Below, piece by piece: positions 1 through 9,528 of a stretch of DNA of 64,000 bases. The translations under genes and the position numbers were made by a program. The notes beneath the pieces are model-generated. The model did not search any database and had not been told where the DNA came from. It was given only the letters and a program-made list of their open reading frames with translations. Every line of letters begins with the position of its first letter. The stretch's first letter is position 1. This DNA is from a virus, in IMG/VR virus record IMGVR_UViG_3300020583_000139, positions 7,868 through 71,867 of that record; one strand, given 5' to 3'.

Positions 1-7
1 ATTCAGC

Positions 8-307
8 GTGCCTCAATCGATGGTAGATGAGATGAACGCTGGCATCGAGCCGACTTTCAAATTCGTTCCGAATGACAAACCATCCGGTGAGGGACACTGC
101 GTACTCATCGTTGGCTATGGTCGCTCAGGCATCGCACTCATCTCTTGGGGCAAGGTATACCGTCCATCATGGGACTTCTTCTTGCAGAACACTGACGAGG
201 CGTACTGCGTGAGTTCGAAAGACTGGCTCAAGGCCAGCGGGATCTCGCCGACCGGCGTGGATATTGACGGACTCGTGCAAGACCAAGCTGTGATTTTAGC
301 TGCCTAA
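8..307 (+). CDS. C-terminal part of a papain-like (C1-type) cysteine peptidase, 5' end outside window
   Basis: GHCVLIVGY..ISWG motif resembles the catalytic His region of C1 peptidases. Confidence 0.55.
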   Translation: MPQSMVDEMNAGIEPTFKFVPNDKPSGEGHCVLIVGYGRSGIALISWGKVYRPSWDFFLQNTDEAYCVSSKDWLKASGISPTGVDIDGLVQDQAVILAA

Positions 308-430
308 GTTTGCCGTGCCGTGAAGACGGCGGAAAGGCGGAAGTGGTCCCACGTTAGGAGGCTGCGAGCGTCCCCTCGACAACCGACTGCTCGCAGTCTC
401 CACCCCACTCAACGCGAAAGGAAAAGTTAG

Positions 431-760
431 ATGAGACCTTTTATTGCAGCCTTATTCTTGGTGTTCTTTGGAGCCGAGCAGCAAATGGTTGCTCCGAAAG
501 TGGAGCACAAGAAACACGAAACGACGCAGACCTACGACGAAGTGATTCGCTCTTGCCCGGCAGGGTATGAGGGACATTTCGTGGACATCAACGCGGGATT
601 CGACTATTCATCCTTTTGGAGTTCCTCTGGATATTTCACCTACCCCGAAAGCGGTGGACAACTAGCTTACGCGGTGTGCTTCGACAAGAAGTTCATGGAC
701 GAGATACGCAAGAATCCCGAGTTACTGGCACAGCGACCTGCTCCACCGAAACCTGTTTGA
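431..760 (+). CDS. small secreted hypothetical protein
   Basis: AAGGAA RBS, hydrophobic N-terminus, two Cys. Confidence 0.6.
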   Translation: MRPFIAALFLVFFGAEQQMVAPKVEHKKHETTQTYDEVIRSCPAGYEGHFVDINAGFDYSSFWSSSGYFTYPESGGQLAYAVCFDKKFMDEIRKNPELLAQRPAPPKPV

Positions 761-774
761 AAGGAAAGGAATTC

Positions 775-1305
775 ATGGACAGCATAAGTGAAGCCCGGTT
801 AGCTCTTGTTCATCCAGAAACATCGCGCCGCATCCATCAGTTGGAGGACATGCTCTCTTTTAAGATCGGTGTGAGTCAAGGATTGCGAACATGGTCCCAG
901 CAAGATTCTTTATGGCAAGAAGGACGCAACCCGGACGGTAGTTACATTGACCCCATTCATCACACTGGCGTAGTCACAAATGCCAAGGGCGGGGAATCCA
1001 TGCATAATTTTGGGATTCCGGTTGACGTGTTCCCTGTAGGAGATGACGGAAAACCGGACTGGAATGGTAAAGATGAGAAGTGGGCCGAGATATTAGCCAA
1101 AGCACCGTCCTGTGGACTGGCCGAGGGCGCGAAATGGCGCACATTCCCTGACGAGCCACACCTGTACCCACAGGAATGCCCTGCAGACCCTACGGATGAG
1201 ATACGGGCACTCATGGCTTCCGGTGGCTTACAAGCCGTTTGGAGCGCGATATTGCCACTGGGCAACAATGTAGAGAACGTAGCCGATGCCGTAAACCCAG
1301 ACTGA
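775..1305 (+). CDS. endolysin, M15 family L-Ala-D-Glu peptidase-like
   Basis: GLRT..Q..L..GR, VTNAKGGESMHNFG..VD and DEPH motifs; AAGGAA RBS before ATG at 775. Confidence 0.85.
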   Translation: MDSISEARLALVHPETSRRIHQLEDMLSFKIGVSQGLRTWSQQDSLWQEGRNPDGSYIDPIHHTGVVTNAKGGESMHNFGIPVDVFPVGDDGKPDWNGKDEKWAEILAKAPSCGLAEGAKWRTFPDEPHLYPQECPADPTDEIRALMASGGLQAVWSAILPLGNNVENVADAVNPD

Positions 1306-1307
1306 CC

Positions 1308-2387
1308 ATGAAGCAAACTCTCGCCAGCCTCACGAATCTTTCCCGCCTCGCCCCGCAGTCGCACTTCATGTCTCTGGCAAAAGCAGCCGAGTACGAGAAC
1401 CTGTCAGCCTACAGCCCGACCAACATCCTCGCGTGGCTCAAGAACGTGGGGCTGTACTGGCTCGGCGCAAAGCATCCATTTCTGACTTATGCAGCACCGT
1501 CCACCGGCATCTTCCCCATGGACAACCAGGTAAAAATCAGCGTGGCAGGTGATTGGGGAAGCGGAACAAATGAAGCCGAGAAAGTAGCCGCACAAATCCG
1601 CGCAGGTATGCCCGACTTCACGATTCACCTTGGCGACGTCTACTACACAGGGAACAAAGCGGAGATCGACGAAAACTTTCTAGGCATCAAGAGTAGCGCC
1701 TTCGACCCGACAGCATGGCCGCTCGGAAGCAAAGGAACCTTCTCCTTGCTTGGCAATCACGAAATGTTCTCGCACGGGACGTTCTACTTCGACGTGCTCC
1801 TGCCAGCACTGAAACAGCAAGCGAGCTACTTCTGTCTCGAAAACGACTTCTGGCGAATCGTGGCGATCGACACGGGATACAACTCAACGGGACTCGACTT
1901 CGGACCATTCAAGCCGAGCTGCAAGATACCGGACGAGGTGTTGACCTGGCTGGCGAGCCTCAACTTGGCAGGCGACGACCGCGGACTCATTGTGATGAGC
2001 CACCATCAACCATGGTCCTCGTTCGAGACTTGGTACAAGACTCCGGCAAAACAACTGGCGAAGTTTATTAACCGGCCTGTGCTGTGGTTCTGGGGACATG
2101 AGCACCGGATGGCGATTTACGGCGAGTACACGATGAACGGAATAACTGCTCGCGGAAGATTAATCGGCCACGGAGGAATGCCGATCACGCTCAAGAAACC
2201 CAACAACTCAAAATGCTTTTGCGCGTTCACGGACATGGACCTGTACCCAAACAGCGAAGGATTGTCTGTCGGATTCAATGGTTACGCTACGTTGGAATTC
2301 AGCCGCGCCAACCTGCATGTAGACTATCTAGACCTGAATGGGCATCTGGTGTATTCGGAAGCATGGACACCGGCTGCCCTTCAGTGA
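1308..2387 (+). CDS. calcineurin-like metallophosphoesterase
   Basis: DWG, HLGDVYY, GNHE, SHH and GHEH motifs in canonical order. Confidence 0.85.
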   Translation: MKQTLASLTNLSRLAPQSHFMSLAKAAEYENLSAYSPTNILAWLKNVGLYWLGAKHPFLTYAAPSTGIFPMDNQVKISVAGDWGSGTNEAEKVAAQIRAGMPDFTIHLGDVYYTGNKAEIDENFLGIKSSAFDPTAWPLGSKGTFSLLGNHEMFSHGTFYFDVLLPALKQQASYFCLENDFWRIVAIDTGYNSTGLDFGPFKPSCKIPDEVLTWLASLNLAGDDRGLIVMSHHQPWSSFETWYKTPAKQLAKFINRPVLWFWGHEHRMAIYGEYTMNGITARGRLIGHGGMPITLKKPNNSKCFCAFTDMDLYPNSEGLSVGFNGYATLEFSRANLHVDYLDLNGHLVYSEAWTPAALQ

Positions 2388-2762
2388 ATGATCGAGAGCG
2401 CGTGACCGCCAGCAACTTCCAGTAAAAATGCAAGCAGGCCAGCGAAGTACGATACGCGACCAATTTCCTGCAATTTGGGATTCGTGCAGAGCGCGTACAT
2501 CAAAATTCCTACCAAGGCAACGAGGAGCGATAAATAGATCGTCATTGGAATCCTCCGCACTAAAGGATGGCAATCAAAGCGGTCTGTTGGCTGTACAGAA
2601 ATGAACGCATGCCTCTAGGTATTTTTCTTGCGCCTATCCTTTGGTGTCGCGGCTTTGTAGGCTTGCAGCGCTTCGTCTTCACATTTCTTGCAAGCTCTTT
2701 CAATCTCATGCCCGTTGACTCTTTTGTATCGCTGGACTTCGGGCTTTTCCTTGCCGCAGACC

Positions 2763-3338
2763 TTACACTTCACGGGGCACCGCCCACAAGTACAAGGCCA
2801 GCCAACCAAAGCAGACCTCACATATCGTAGCAGGCCAGTATTCGTTCAGCTTTTCCCACGCTATCAACTTCCAGCCCATTGCGTAGCCGTAGTCAAATAA
2901 CGCAAGGGAGCACCACAGGGCGGCGATAGGGCCATAGACCAAGGGATTAGGCTCGAACGGCACACAGAGCGCAAGGGACAGCCCCGCAAGTAGGAATACC
3001 GCCCCTTCTGAGAAGACGATAACGGAATTGGTGCTAGGCGTGACGAATTGCCAAGCCAGCCAGGACCACGACACGACCACGAGGGCAGCCGAAATCTTGA
3101 ACCTGCTCAAATTGAGTGCCGCCGCGAGATCGACGGGCCGGGCGATAGCGTAGGCGATGACATACGCGCGTGATGTGCGCCAGTCCACGCGCAAACAGAA
3201 TCCCTCTAGGACCGCAGTGGTGACGAACTCAACCGCTAAGTAGAGCGTCAGGCGAAATGCGGCTTTAGCTCTGACTGCCGCTACCAGTGCTGCCAGAATC
3301 GCCGCCAGCAAGAGGTGCGGGCGTAGCGTCGATAACAT
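2763..3338 (-). CDS. multi-pass membrane protein
   Basis: several hydrophobic segments; overlaps neighbours in the operon. Confidence 0.5.
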   Translation of the reverse strand: MLSTLRPHLLLAAILAALVAAVRAKAAFRLTLYLAVEFVTTAVLEGFCLRVDWRTSRAYVIAYAIARPVDLAAALNLSRFKISAALVVVSWSWLAWQFVTPSTNSVIVFSEGAVFLLAGLSLALCVPFEPNPLVYGPIAALWCSLALFDYGYAMGWKLIAWEKLNEYWPATICEVCFGWLALYLWAVPREV

Positions 3339-3576
3339 ATTTTTCGCCTACCGTGAACTGCAAGAGTTTTTCCGGTTTAGCCGTGAAGAATAATTGCTGG
3401 TCGCTGGCCTTGACGCATGTTGCTGAGAATTTCGTGCCCTTCTTTGGCTCAAGTTCGTACTTGTTCCCTGGGGCAAAGTAATTTACATCGTCACGATGGA
3501 CTTTGAATCCAACGCGATTGCCATTGACCTCAATGCAGGTTCCTGGAAATTTTACTCCTGGTCTTGGGCTACCCAT
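3265..3576 (-). CDS. hypothetical protein with an internal duplication (F.PG.KY.. / F.VG.KY..)
   Basis: GGAGG RBS before MGSPRP; overlaps the upstream stop. Confidence 0.55.
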   Translation of the reverse strand: MGSPRPGVKFPGTCIEVNGNRVGFKVHRDDVNYFAPGNKYELEPKKGTKFSATCVKASDQQLFFTAKPEKLLQFTVGEKYVIDATPAPLAGGDSGSTGSGSQS

Positions 3577-3889
3577 GTTTTGAACCTCCATTCACTCGTC
3601 TTAGTTCCCCTTGGACCGAACCAACTACCCCTTGCAGCTTCCCTAACTCCAGCCAGTACGTGTCGAATCGTTCGTGCAAGGAACTGTTTGACCTCATCAC
3701 TGCGTCTAGTTGCACATTCACGGGAGCGATGGCCTTCTCGATGTCTTTGGGCATGGCGTCAATGGCTCTTTTGTACTCGCCTAATTTCATGGATACCCCG
3801 AGCATTGTTCCAAGAAAGGTGAGAATCCCGATGCAAAAACTTATCAGTACGACCGTGGACGGAGTAATTGTTCCTGAGTCTGGGGTCAC
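3569..3889 (-). CDS. single-TM coiled-coil protein (lysis cassette, holin/antiholin-like)
   Basis: N-terminal TM helix followed by coiled coil; position at end of late operon. Confidence 0.5.
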   Translation of the reverse strand: MTPDSGTITPSTVVLISFCIGILTFLGTMLGVSMKLGEYKRAIDAMPKDIEKAIAPVNVQLDAVMRSNSSLHERFDTYWLELGKLQGVVGSVQGELRRVNGGSKHG

Positions 3890-3902
3890 TGGGGCCTTTC
3901 TT

Positions 3903-4331
3903 TCAACGTGTCGTCCTCAAAATCAACCCTATCAACGCAATCGCCAAGAGCGCAACGCTTATCGCAATTCCCCATGATGCCGTAAAACCAGATGACCGGC
4001 CCTGAGATAGAGCGATAGTTTTCTTCAGTTCCTCCATGTCTTTGTCGATGGAATTAAATTTTGCATCGGCTTCCGCTCTAGGAAGAAGAGTCGCCGCTTG
4101 GTCTTTTAGTTGACCGCGGAACTCATTCACGGCGTCGAATCTTTTTTCTGTAGCGGTCTCGGCCTTTGCGACAGCCTTCTCGCTGGAAGTGAGCGCTAGG
4201 CCGGTTTTTTCATCCATCGCGGTGAAGCGGTCTTCATATCGGCGGTCGCGCTCCTTAGCCAGTTCCCGTTCGGAATCCAAACGGGCGCGTAACTCAGCTA
4301 TGGCAACGTCATTGCGTTCGCTATCGGTCAT
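3903..4331 (-). CDS. coiled-coil protein with C-terminal TM helix (lysis cassette)
   Basis: charged coiled coil followed by WGIAISVALLAIALIGLIL. Confidence 0.55.
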   Translation of the reverse strand: MTDSERNDVAIAELRARLDSERELAKERDRRYEDRFTAMDEKTGLALTSSEKAVAKAETATEKRFDAVNEFRGQLKDQAATLLPRAEADAKFNSIDKDMEELKKTIALSQGRSSGFTASWGIAISVALLAIALIGLILRTTR

Positions 4332-4612
4332 GGCTTTGTAGGTGGTGGCGGAGCTATTAACCCGCCATCAGGCGTGCGCTCTACGGCGGGGTTGGACGAT
4401 GTCGAGGACCACTTGAGCAGGATTGGTAGCCATACCGCTATCTCGCGCGCACCCACGACGCTCAAACAGAGTTTTCCAAGGTTCCACCAGCCTGACTTCG
4501 ACGTGAAATTGAATGCTCCCCAATTAAACGCCATCATCGCGCTACTTGTAAGCAGGGCATTTATGGCGTTCTTAATCGTGATCGTGAAGAAGTTTTTTAG
4601 CTGAGCATTCAC
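4328..4612 (-). CDS. putative holin
   Basis: AGGAGG RBS and GTG start; about 94 aa with two hydrophobic segments. Confidence 0.45.
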   Translation of the reverse strand: MNAQLKNFFTITIKNAINALLTSSAMMAFNWGAFNFTSKSGWWNLGKLCLSVVGAREIAVWLPILLKWSSTSSNPAVERTPDGGLIAPPPPTKP

Positions 4613-4622
4613 TGGGTTCCTC

Positions 4623-7031
4623 CTACTGAATCGTCGGGATAGCAATAACCGGATTCGACAAGCTAAAAACATGACTCGCTTTCACGGTCGGCACCGGCAA
4701 CATCGTGATTGGTATTTTCACATCCATCTCCCCGGTTACGAATGTCGAAGGAATCACCGTCCCATCAAACGTTACCGATGTTGTGACTGTGCATCCCGTG
4801 CAAAGCAATCGTACAGGACAAGAGATGTTCCAAACAACGCCATCTTGCGAGCATCCCTTTGCTGTGACGTAACTGCCAGTGGGGACAACACTAGAAATGA
4901 CGGGGATTACCACGGGAGCCGTTGGCAGAGGATAGGCCGCGAAAATAGCAGCGCCGGGCGCTGGAGGAGCACCGCTACCCCACACGATGCCCGTAGCCGA
5001 TTCCGTCATTGGCTCTACAGTCGTACGGAGATTGGTGGTTGTCCCGCTGATCGTGACAGAGCCGCCGCTGGATGTCAGACCTTTGATGATCGTAGCGCTA
5101 TGCGAGCCATCAAGCGTGACGGTCCAACTCGTCCCGTTATCCACGATAGAGGGAGTGAGATTCGATCCCGCTGAATCGCGGAACTGCACGACCACGATAA
5201 AATAATTTGTAGTCGCTCCCGGATTTGTATTGTTGGCCTCAAGTCGAAACTGGCAATTAGCGCATCCCGAGGAGTTTGCTGATTCGGTTACGGACACCGG
5301 CGCGGCCGTCGAGGGATTGAGCACTGTGTAGTAGGCGACTTGTGTCCCATCAGCACAGGTGTAGTGGTTCGAATCATTGAATGTCCACGCGACCTCGCAA
5401 TGCGATAGAAACGTCGTTGTGCGCGTCGAAACATCCGTGCCGAGCCGGTCCACGAGCAGCATGGCGGGAATGTCTCGGTAGAAGATGACTTCTCGTTCGA
5501 CATGCGTAGCATAGGGATTCTCACGCTCTGGATGTCCACTGTCGCAAATATTGTTCGTATACGTCCCGCTGATGTCGGCATCGAGGTAGAAATATGTCGC
5601 CTGTTCTTCGAGGCGCCGCATCGTCCCAGGGTTATCCACGCAATCCATCGCGCCAGCAATTCCTCCGATGACTGGAACGTTGTGTGCTAGGCCCGATTGA
5701 GTCGTTATGGTCCCGACGCTGTTGTAGCCCGCCACGAGCGACGAGTAATCCATCGTCTCGCGGATGATCGGTACACCTTTGCGGAAGGCTTGGAATGTTC
5801 CCGTGTCCCAATGCGCATGACCTGAACCCCATGTATAGCCCATTTGCAGCAAGAGCGTCATCCCGTTCGATGTCCAATTGTCCTTTGCATAGGCATAGAG
5901 CGGGCCAGAGGCGAAGTAATCCAAAGGAAGATTACTGAATGCGAGCGAAGTTCCGCCAGGATCGATGGACGCGAATATCGGCCCGATGGCTGGCTTGACC
6001 GTCGAGAGCCATGTGCGCGCTACCTTGCCAGCAAACTGTGAACCAAACTCAGTAGCGGCTCCCTGCATGAAGTCACCATACAGTTGAGATTCGGCGCCAC
6101 ATCCTCCGGTAGTGTTCGTGTTCCCGGTCGAGTTGTGGCTGATAAACCCGCAAGAGTTACCGCTTACCCAATTCTCGTCATCGCTCCAGGTGAACATATC
6201 CCATAGGCCACGGGATGTTGTCACGGACGGCATGGTGTTGTAGATGATTTCGTAGATGTCTCCCGTAAAGGCTGTCGTGGAACTGTCAATCCACAGGTCG
6301 CGTCCCATTTGTGATGTGGCGGAATTGATGAGCGCGAAATAATTTTGGCAGTAGCGACCGTATTCTCCACCACCTTCTTGCGAGTGGAGAGCGTAGCCGT
6401 GCGTTCCAAATGTCCCCGTCCCTGATGGCGATGCAAAGTTTAAGAGCGCGGGCCAGTCCGTGTTCATCGCGTAGTCGATATAGCTGCTGGCAGAAGCGTT
6501 GTCCGTGTACGTGGCGATTCCGAAAGTCAGATCGCGCCGAATGGCTCCGCAAAAATAGTTGGAACTCGGTCCCGGGGTGGTCGTGTTGCCCCAACCGACG
6601 CCGTGCATGTTCGTATTCCAGGTGTTCCAGTTCCCCCAAAAAGTGGATTTCTGTCCCGAGGTCCACGAGCTGTACGCCCAATCGTAGATGAGCATGTAGA
6701 CTTCGCCCTGCGTCCGCATGTCGTCGCAGCCGGTAGTCGTCGAGCACGCGAGATCATTGGCTCCTGTAGCGTAAGTGATAGCCGTCGAACAAGCCGTGGC
6801 GTTGGACATCACGAGACAAGCAAACGCGTTATCGTAGGCGTCTAGAGGACGCGTGTTGGTAGTAAGAGCGGTGTAACTGGTCGACGTCACCCAAGACTGG
6901 GCTGCGGTCAATCTGGAAGATGTCCAATAAATTCGGGGATGTGCAGAAGGAAAAGTGATCCCATCAACGGTAGTCTGTGCGAGCACTGGAACTGCCCAGA
7001 GAAAAGCAAGCGCAAATAGTATCCGTTTCAT
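4623..7031 (-). CDS. secreted heparinase II/III-like (polysaccharide lyase-like) protein
   Basis: Sec signal MKRILFALAFLWAVPVLA; HPRI N-terminus, EGGGEYG, GHAHWDTGTF and AHNV motifs. Confidence 0.65.
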   Translation of the reverse strand: MKRILFALAFLWAVPVLAQTTVDGITFPSAHPRIYWTSSRLTAAQSWVTSTSYTALTTNTRPLDAYDNAFACLVMSNATACSTAITYATGANDLACSTTTGCDDMRTQGEVYMLIYDWAYSSWTSGQKSTFWGNWNTWNTNMHGVGWGNTTTPGPSSNYFCGAIRRDLTFGIATYTDNASASSYIDYAMNTDWPALLNFASPSGTGTFGTHGYALHSQEGGGEYGRYCQNYFALINSATSQMGRDLWIDSSTTAFTGDIYEIIYNTMPSVTTSRGLWDMFTWSDDENWVSGNSCGFISHNSTGNTNTTGGCGAESQLYGDFMQGAATEFGSQFAGKVARTWLSTVKPAIGPIFASIDPGGTSLAFSNLPLDYFASGPLYAYAKDNWTSNGMTLLLQMGYTWGSGHAHWDTGTFQAFRKGVPIIRETMDYSSLVAGYNSVGTITTQSGLAHNVPVIGGIAGAMDCVDNPGTMRRLEEQATYFYLDADISGTYTNNICDSGHPERENPYATHVEREVIFYRDIPAMLLVDRLGTDVSTRTTTFLSHCEVAWTFNDSNHYTCADGTQVAYYTVLNPSTAAPVSVTESANSSGCANCQFRLEANNTNPGATTNYFIVVVQFRDSAGSNLTPSIVDNGTSWTVTLDGSHSATIIKGLTSSGGSVTISGTTTNLRTTVEPMTESATGIVWGSGAPPAPGAAIFAAYPLPTAPVVIPVISSVVPTGSYVTAKGCSQDGVVWNISCPVRLLCTGCTVTTSVTFDGTVIPSTFVTGEMDVKIPITMLPVPTVKASHVFSLSNPVIAIPTIQ

Positions 7032-7405
7032 TGTAGCGTTACAGTCGAGGCCGCAACGATGCCGCTTTTAGGGATATTTAAGGTCACTACTCCGCTTGAT
7101 ACCGTGGCCGCTGCACAGCCTGAACCTGTGGCATTGCAGACTGTGATCCCCGTTACACCAGCGGTGACCGATCCTCCGACTTGTGTGAATGTCGCTGTCC
7201 CGTTCACCGAGAGCCACAATCCGGAGTCCGCAGCGAAACAAAAAACGGTCGTCGATGTCACTGCGGCGCACGATGCATGTACGGAGACATAGGAAAATTC
7301 CACGGCGGTCGTCGTCTGCGCGTGAACCGGACGCAACCAGGAATCAAGCAGTGCTCCTGTGAGTATCAGCGTGAGTGCTACGAATACCGCAAGCAATCTC
7401 TTCAT
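7028..7405 (-). CDS. small secreted Cys-containing protein
   Basis: signal peptide ending PVHA/Q; GGAG RBS. Confidence 0.7.
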   Translation of the reverse strand: MKRLLAVFVALTLILTGALLDSWLRPVHAQTTTAVEFSYVSVHASCAAVTSTTVFCFAADSGLWLSVNGTATFTQVGGSVTAGVTGITVCNATGSGCAAATVSSGVVTLNIPKSGIVAASTVTLQ

Positions 7406-7416
7406 TTTATTTCTCC

Positions 7417-9528
7417 TTATGGGTTAATTTTGACGTTTCCTTGAAGTAACACCTTAGAGCCTGCTGCAAAGATCGCTGTCGCTGGAGCTGGCGGGCTGGT
7501 GGATGATGCATAGCAGGTAGCCGCATTGAAACTTACAAGCGTTGCCGCGCCGTTGGTCGGTCCACCCATTACGTTAAGGTAACAGTTTGCCGCTGGATTC
7601 AGATAAGCATGGCCACCGAGAGTTGAACTCGCGCCGGTGCCCGCTGTGATGTTGCCGCCAGTGATGTCTGGACCGATACCCGGCCACGGAGTACTGGCGT
7701 TGCCGGATGGAAATTGCCACCAAGAAGGTTTTGAATTGAGATAGAAAGAGGCTGGTAGTGTCTGGCTCGCGGGTACAGTATTTGCAAATCCATCACTAAG
7801 TCCTGTGGGCACTTCGGCGTTAACAAATTGATTGGCATTATGTACCGTGTCGTAGTTTCCCCATCGCATCAATCCGGTTCCGACATAGGTATCGGGCTGA
7901 CACGTCCCTGTACACGAGCTGCCGTCTACATAGCCCAAGGAATAAATCTCTGCGGAGTTATCTCCGCAATGTCCCGCTGAACTCGGCGTCAAACAAGAAT
8001 AGGTGTCATGGTAGGCTCCCGTGCCGAGCACATTCCCAATGACATTCCAAATTCTGTTAAATGGATAGAGCAAGACGGCGTTCGTTTGCTCTGACTTACC
8101 GCCAGAACTGCCGCCGTTGGGATCGCGCCCGTTATATTGATTGCGGAATTCTGTTACAAGATCTGATGCACCGAATACTTGGTCTCCGATCACTCCTATG
8201 CCAACGTCTCCTTCGTGGAGTCCTAGAGCGTCTGTGCCGCCATGACGGTAAGAGCTTGCCTGCTGCCATTGGGCATCAAGAGAACAGCCGTGGCAATGCG
8301 TGTAGTAGTCATCGATGTCGAAGTTATAGGCGTGCACCCAATTCACGCAGCCCTCAGCCATGAAACCAAACGCCATGTGCTGCCGGATGTTGTTCTCATA
8401 AAGCTCGTCGCCACTCGTCCAACAAGACATCACGTAGTAGTTTGAGACCGGAGGAGAACCGTAGGAGTAACTGTCGCGCAACGTCACGCGCATAGACTGT
8501 ATTGGATAGAACTGATAAAACCCATTCTGCCCGGTTTCCGTGTCGCCGTGAGTATCGGAAAAGCGGACGCCCTTGATCCACACGTTGTAGCAGTCGATGC
8601 ACTGGATGGTCGAAAATACGTTCAGGGCGTTGGAATTGTCGATCGACATATTCTCGATGCCAACCCGCTGAATGGCGAGACCGGAGTTGCCCCACACTTG
8701 AGGAGTGCTCCCAGAGGTAAACCATGACGGCATTCGGATGCCGGGCGTGATGCCTACGGTCCAAGGACCGGTGCCAGAAATCGAAGTAATAACTTGTGGC
8801 TCTGTGAGAGAACGGTTGGGACGCCCACTGACATTTCCCCCGCCGCACGCCCCATTACGACATATAGCCAATCCGCTCGTTGGTGGCGATGTATTTGATT
8901 GGTCGACTTGGTCGAGGAAGATAATACTTCCGACTTGCCAGTTGCTCATCGCGCCATGAAGAAAGGTGCCGACCGTTATGCTAGTTGTACCTTGCGAATA
9001 GCCAGCGGTCCAGCCAGCGCAGTTGTCTGCTCCATTCAGGGCAGGGGTCCAATTGGTGCAATCGGTGTCAGCGTTACCGTCATAGCCAAAACCAGGAGAA
9101 CTAGTCGAAATACAAATATCCGCTCCGCCTGAAAATGGACAACTAGAAGTAGTGTTGTAAAGGAAAACGAACGTCTGATTTGCGCCCATGCCCCGCACAG
9201 TCACATTGCTTGAGAGATTCCATTGCGTATTCAGGAAAAAATTTCCTGCCCCAAGTTGGACGTATCCGCCAACGCCACTCAACGGATGGGCCGTAGCGCA
9301 ATTCGAGATGGCGGTGTTGATCGTGGCGGCCGAAGCGGGAGTTCCCGAACTTCCGTAAGCCGCGATAGTCGTACCGCACTGCGTTCGAACTTCATTTACG
9401 TAAGTTGGATCAGCCCCGGCTTGCTGCCAGTTCTGCCCTGCGCGAGCAGGCGCAAGAACCCCAGACCAAAGTTGGGCGCGCGCGGATGAGGCAAAAATTA
9501 AGGCAAAGAAGATAGCTAGATTTTTCAA
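7417..9528 (-). CDS. secreted parallel beta-helix (pectate lyase/depolymerase-like) protein
   Basis: signal peptide ending ARA/Q; AINTAI..C...V.L.AG.F.L..VTVRG.G cap typical of beta-helix enzymes. Confidence 0.7.
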   Translation of the reverse strand: MKNLAIFFALIFASSARAQLWSGVLAPARAGQNWQQAGADPTYVNEVRTQCGTTIAAYGSSGTPASAATINTAISNCATAHPLSGVGGYVQLGAGNFFLNTQWNLSSNVTVRGMGANQTFVFLYNTTSSCPFSGGADICISTSSPGFGYDGNADTDCTNWTPALNGADNCAGWTAGYSQGTTSITVGTFLHGAMSNWQVGSIIFLDQVDQSNTSPPTSGLAICRNGACGGGNVSGRPNRSLTEPQVITSISGTGPWTVGITPGIRMPSWFTSGSTPQVWGNSGLAIQRVGIENMSIDNSNALNVFSTIQCIDCYNVWIKGVRFSDTHGDTETGQNGFYQFYPIQSMRVTLRDSYSYGSPPVSNYYVMSCWTSGDELYENNIRQHMAFGFMAEGCVNWVHAYNFDIDDYYTHCHGCSLDAQWQQASSYRHGGTDALGLHEGDVGIGVIGDQVFGASDLVTEFRNQYNGRDPNGGSSGGKSEQTNAVLLYPFNRIWNVIGNVLGTGAYHDTYSCLTPSSAGHCGDNSAEIYSLGYVDGSSCTGTCQPDTYVGTGLMRWGNYDTVHNANQFVNAEVPTGLSDGFANTVPASQTLPASFYLNSKPSWWQFPSGNASTPWPGIGPDITGGNITAGTGASSTLGGHAYLNPAANCYLNVMGGPTNGAATLVSFNAATCYASSTSPPAPATAIFAAGSKVLLQGNVKINP

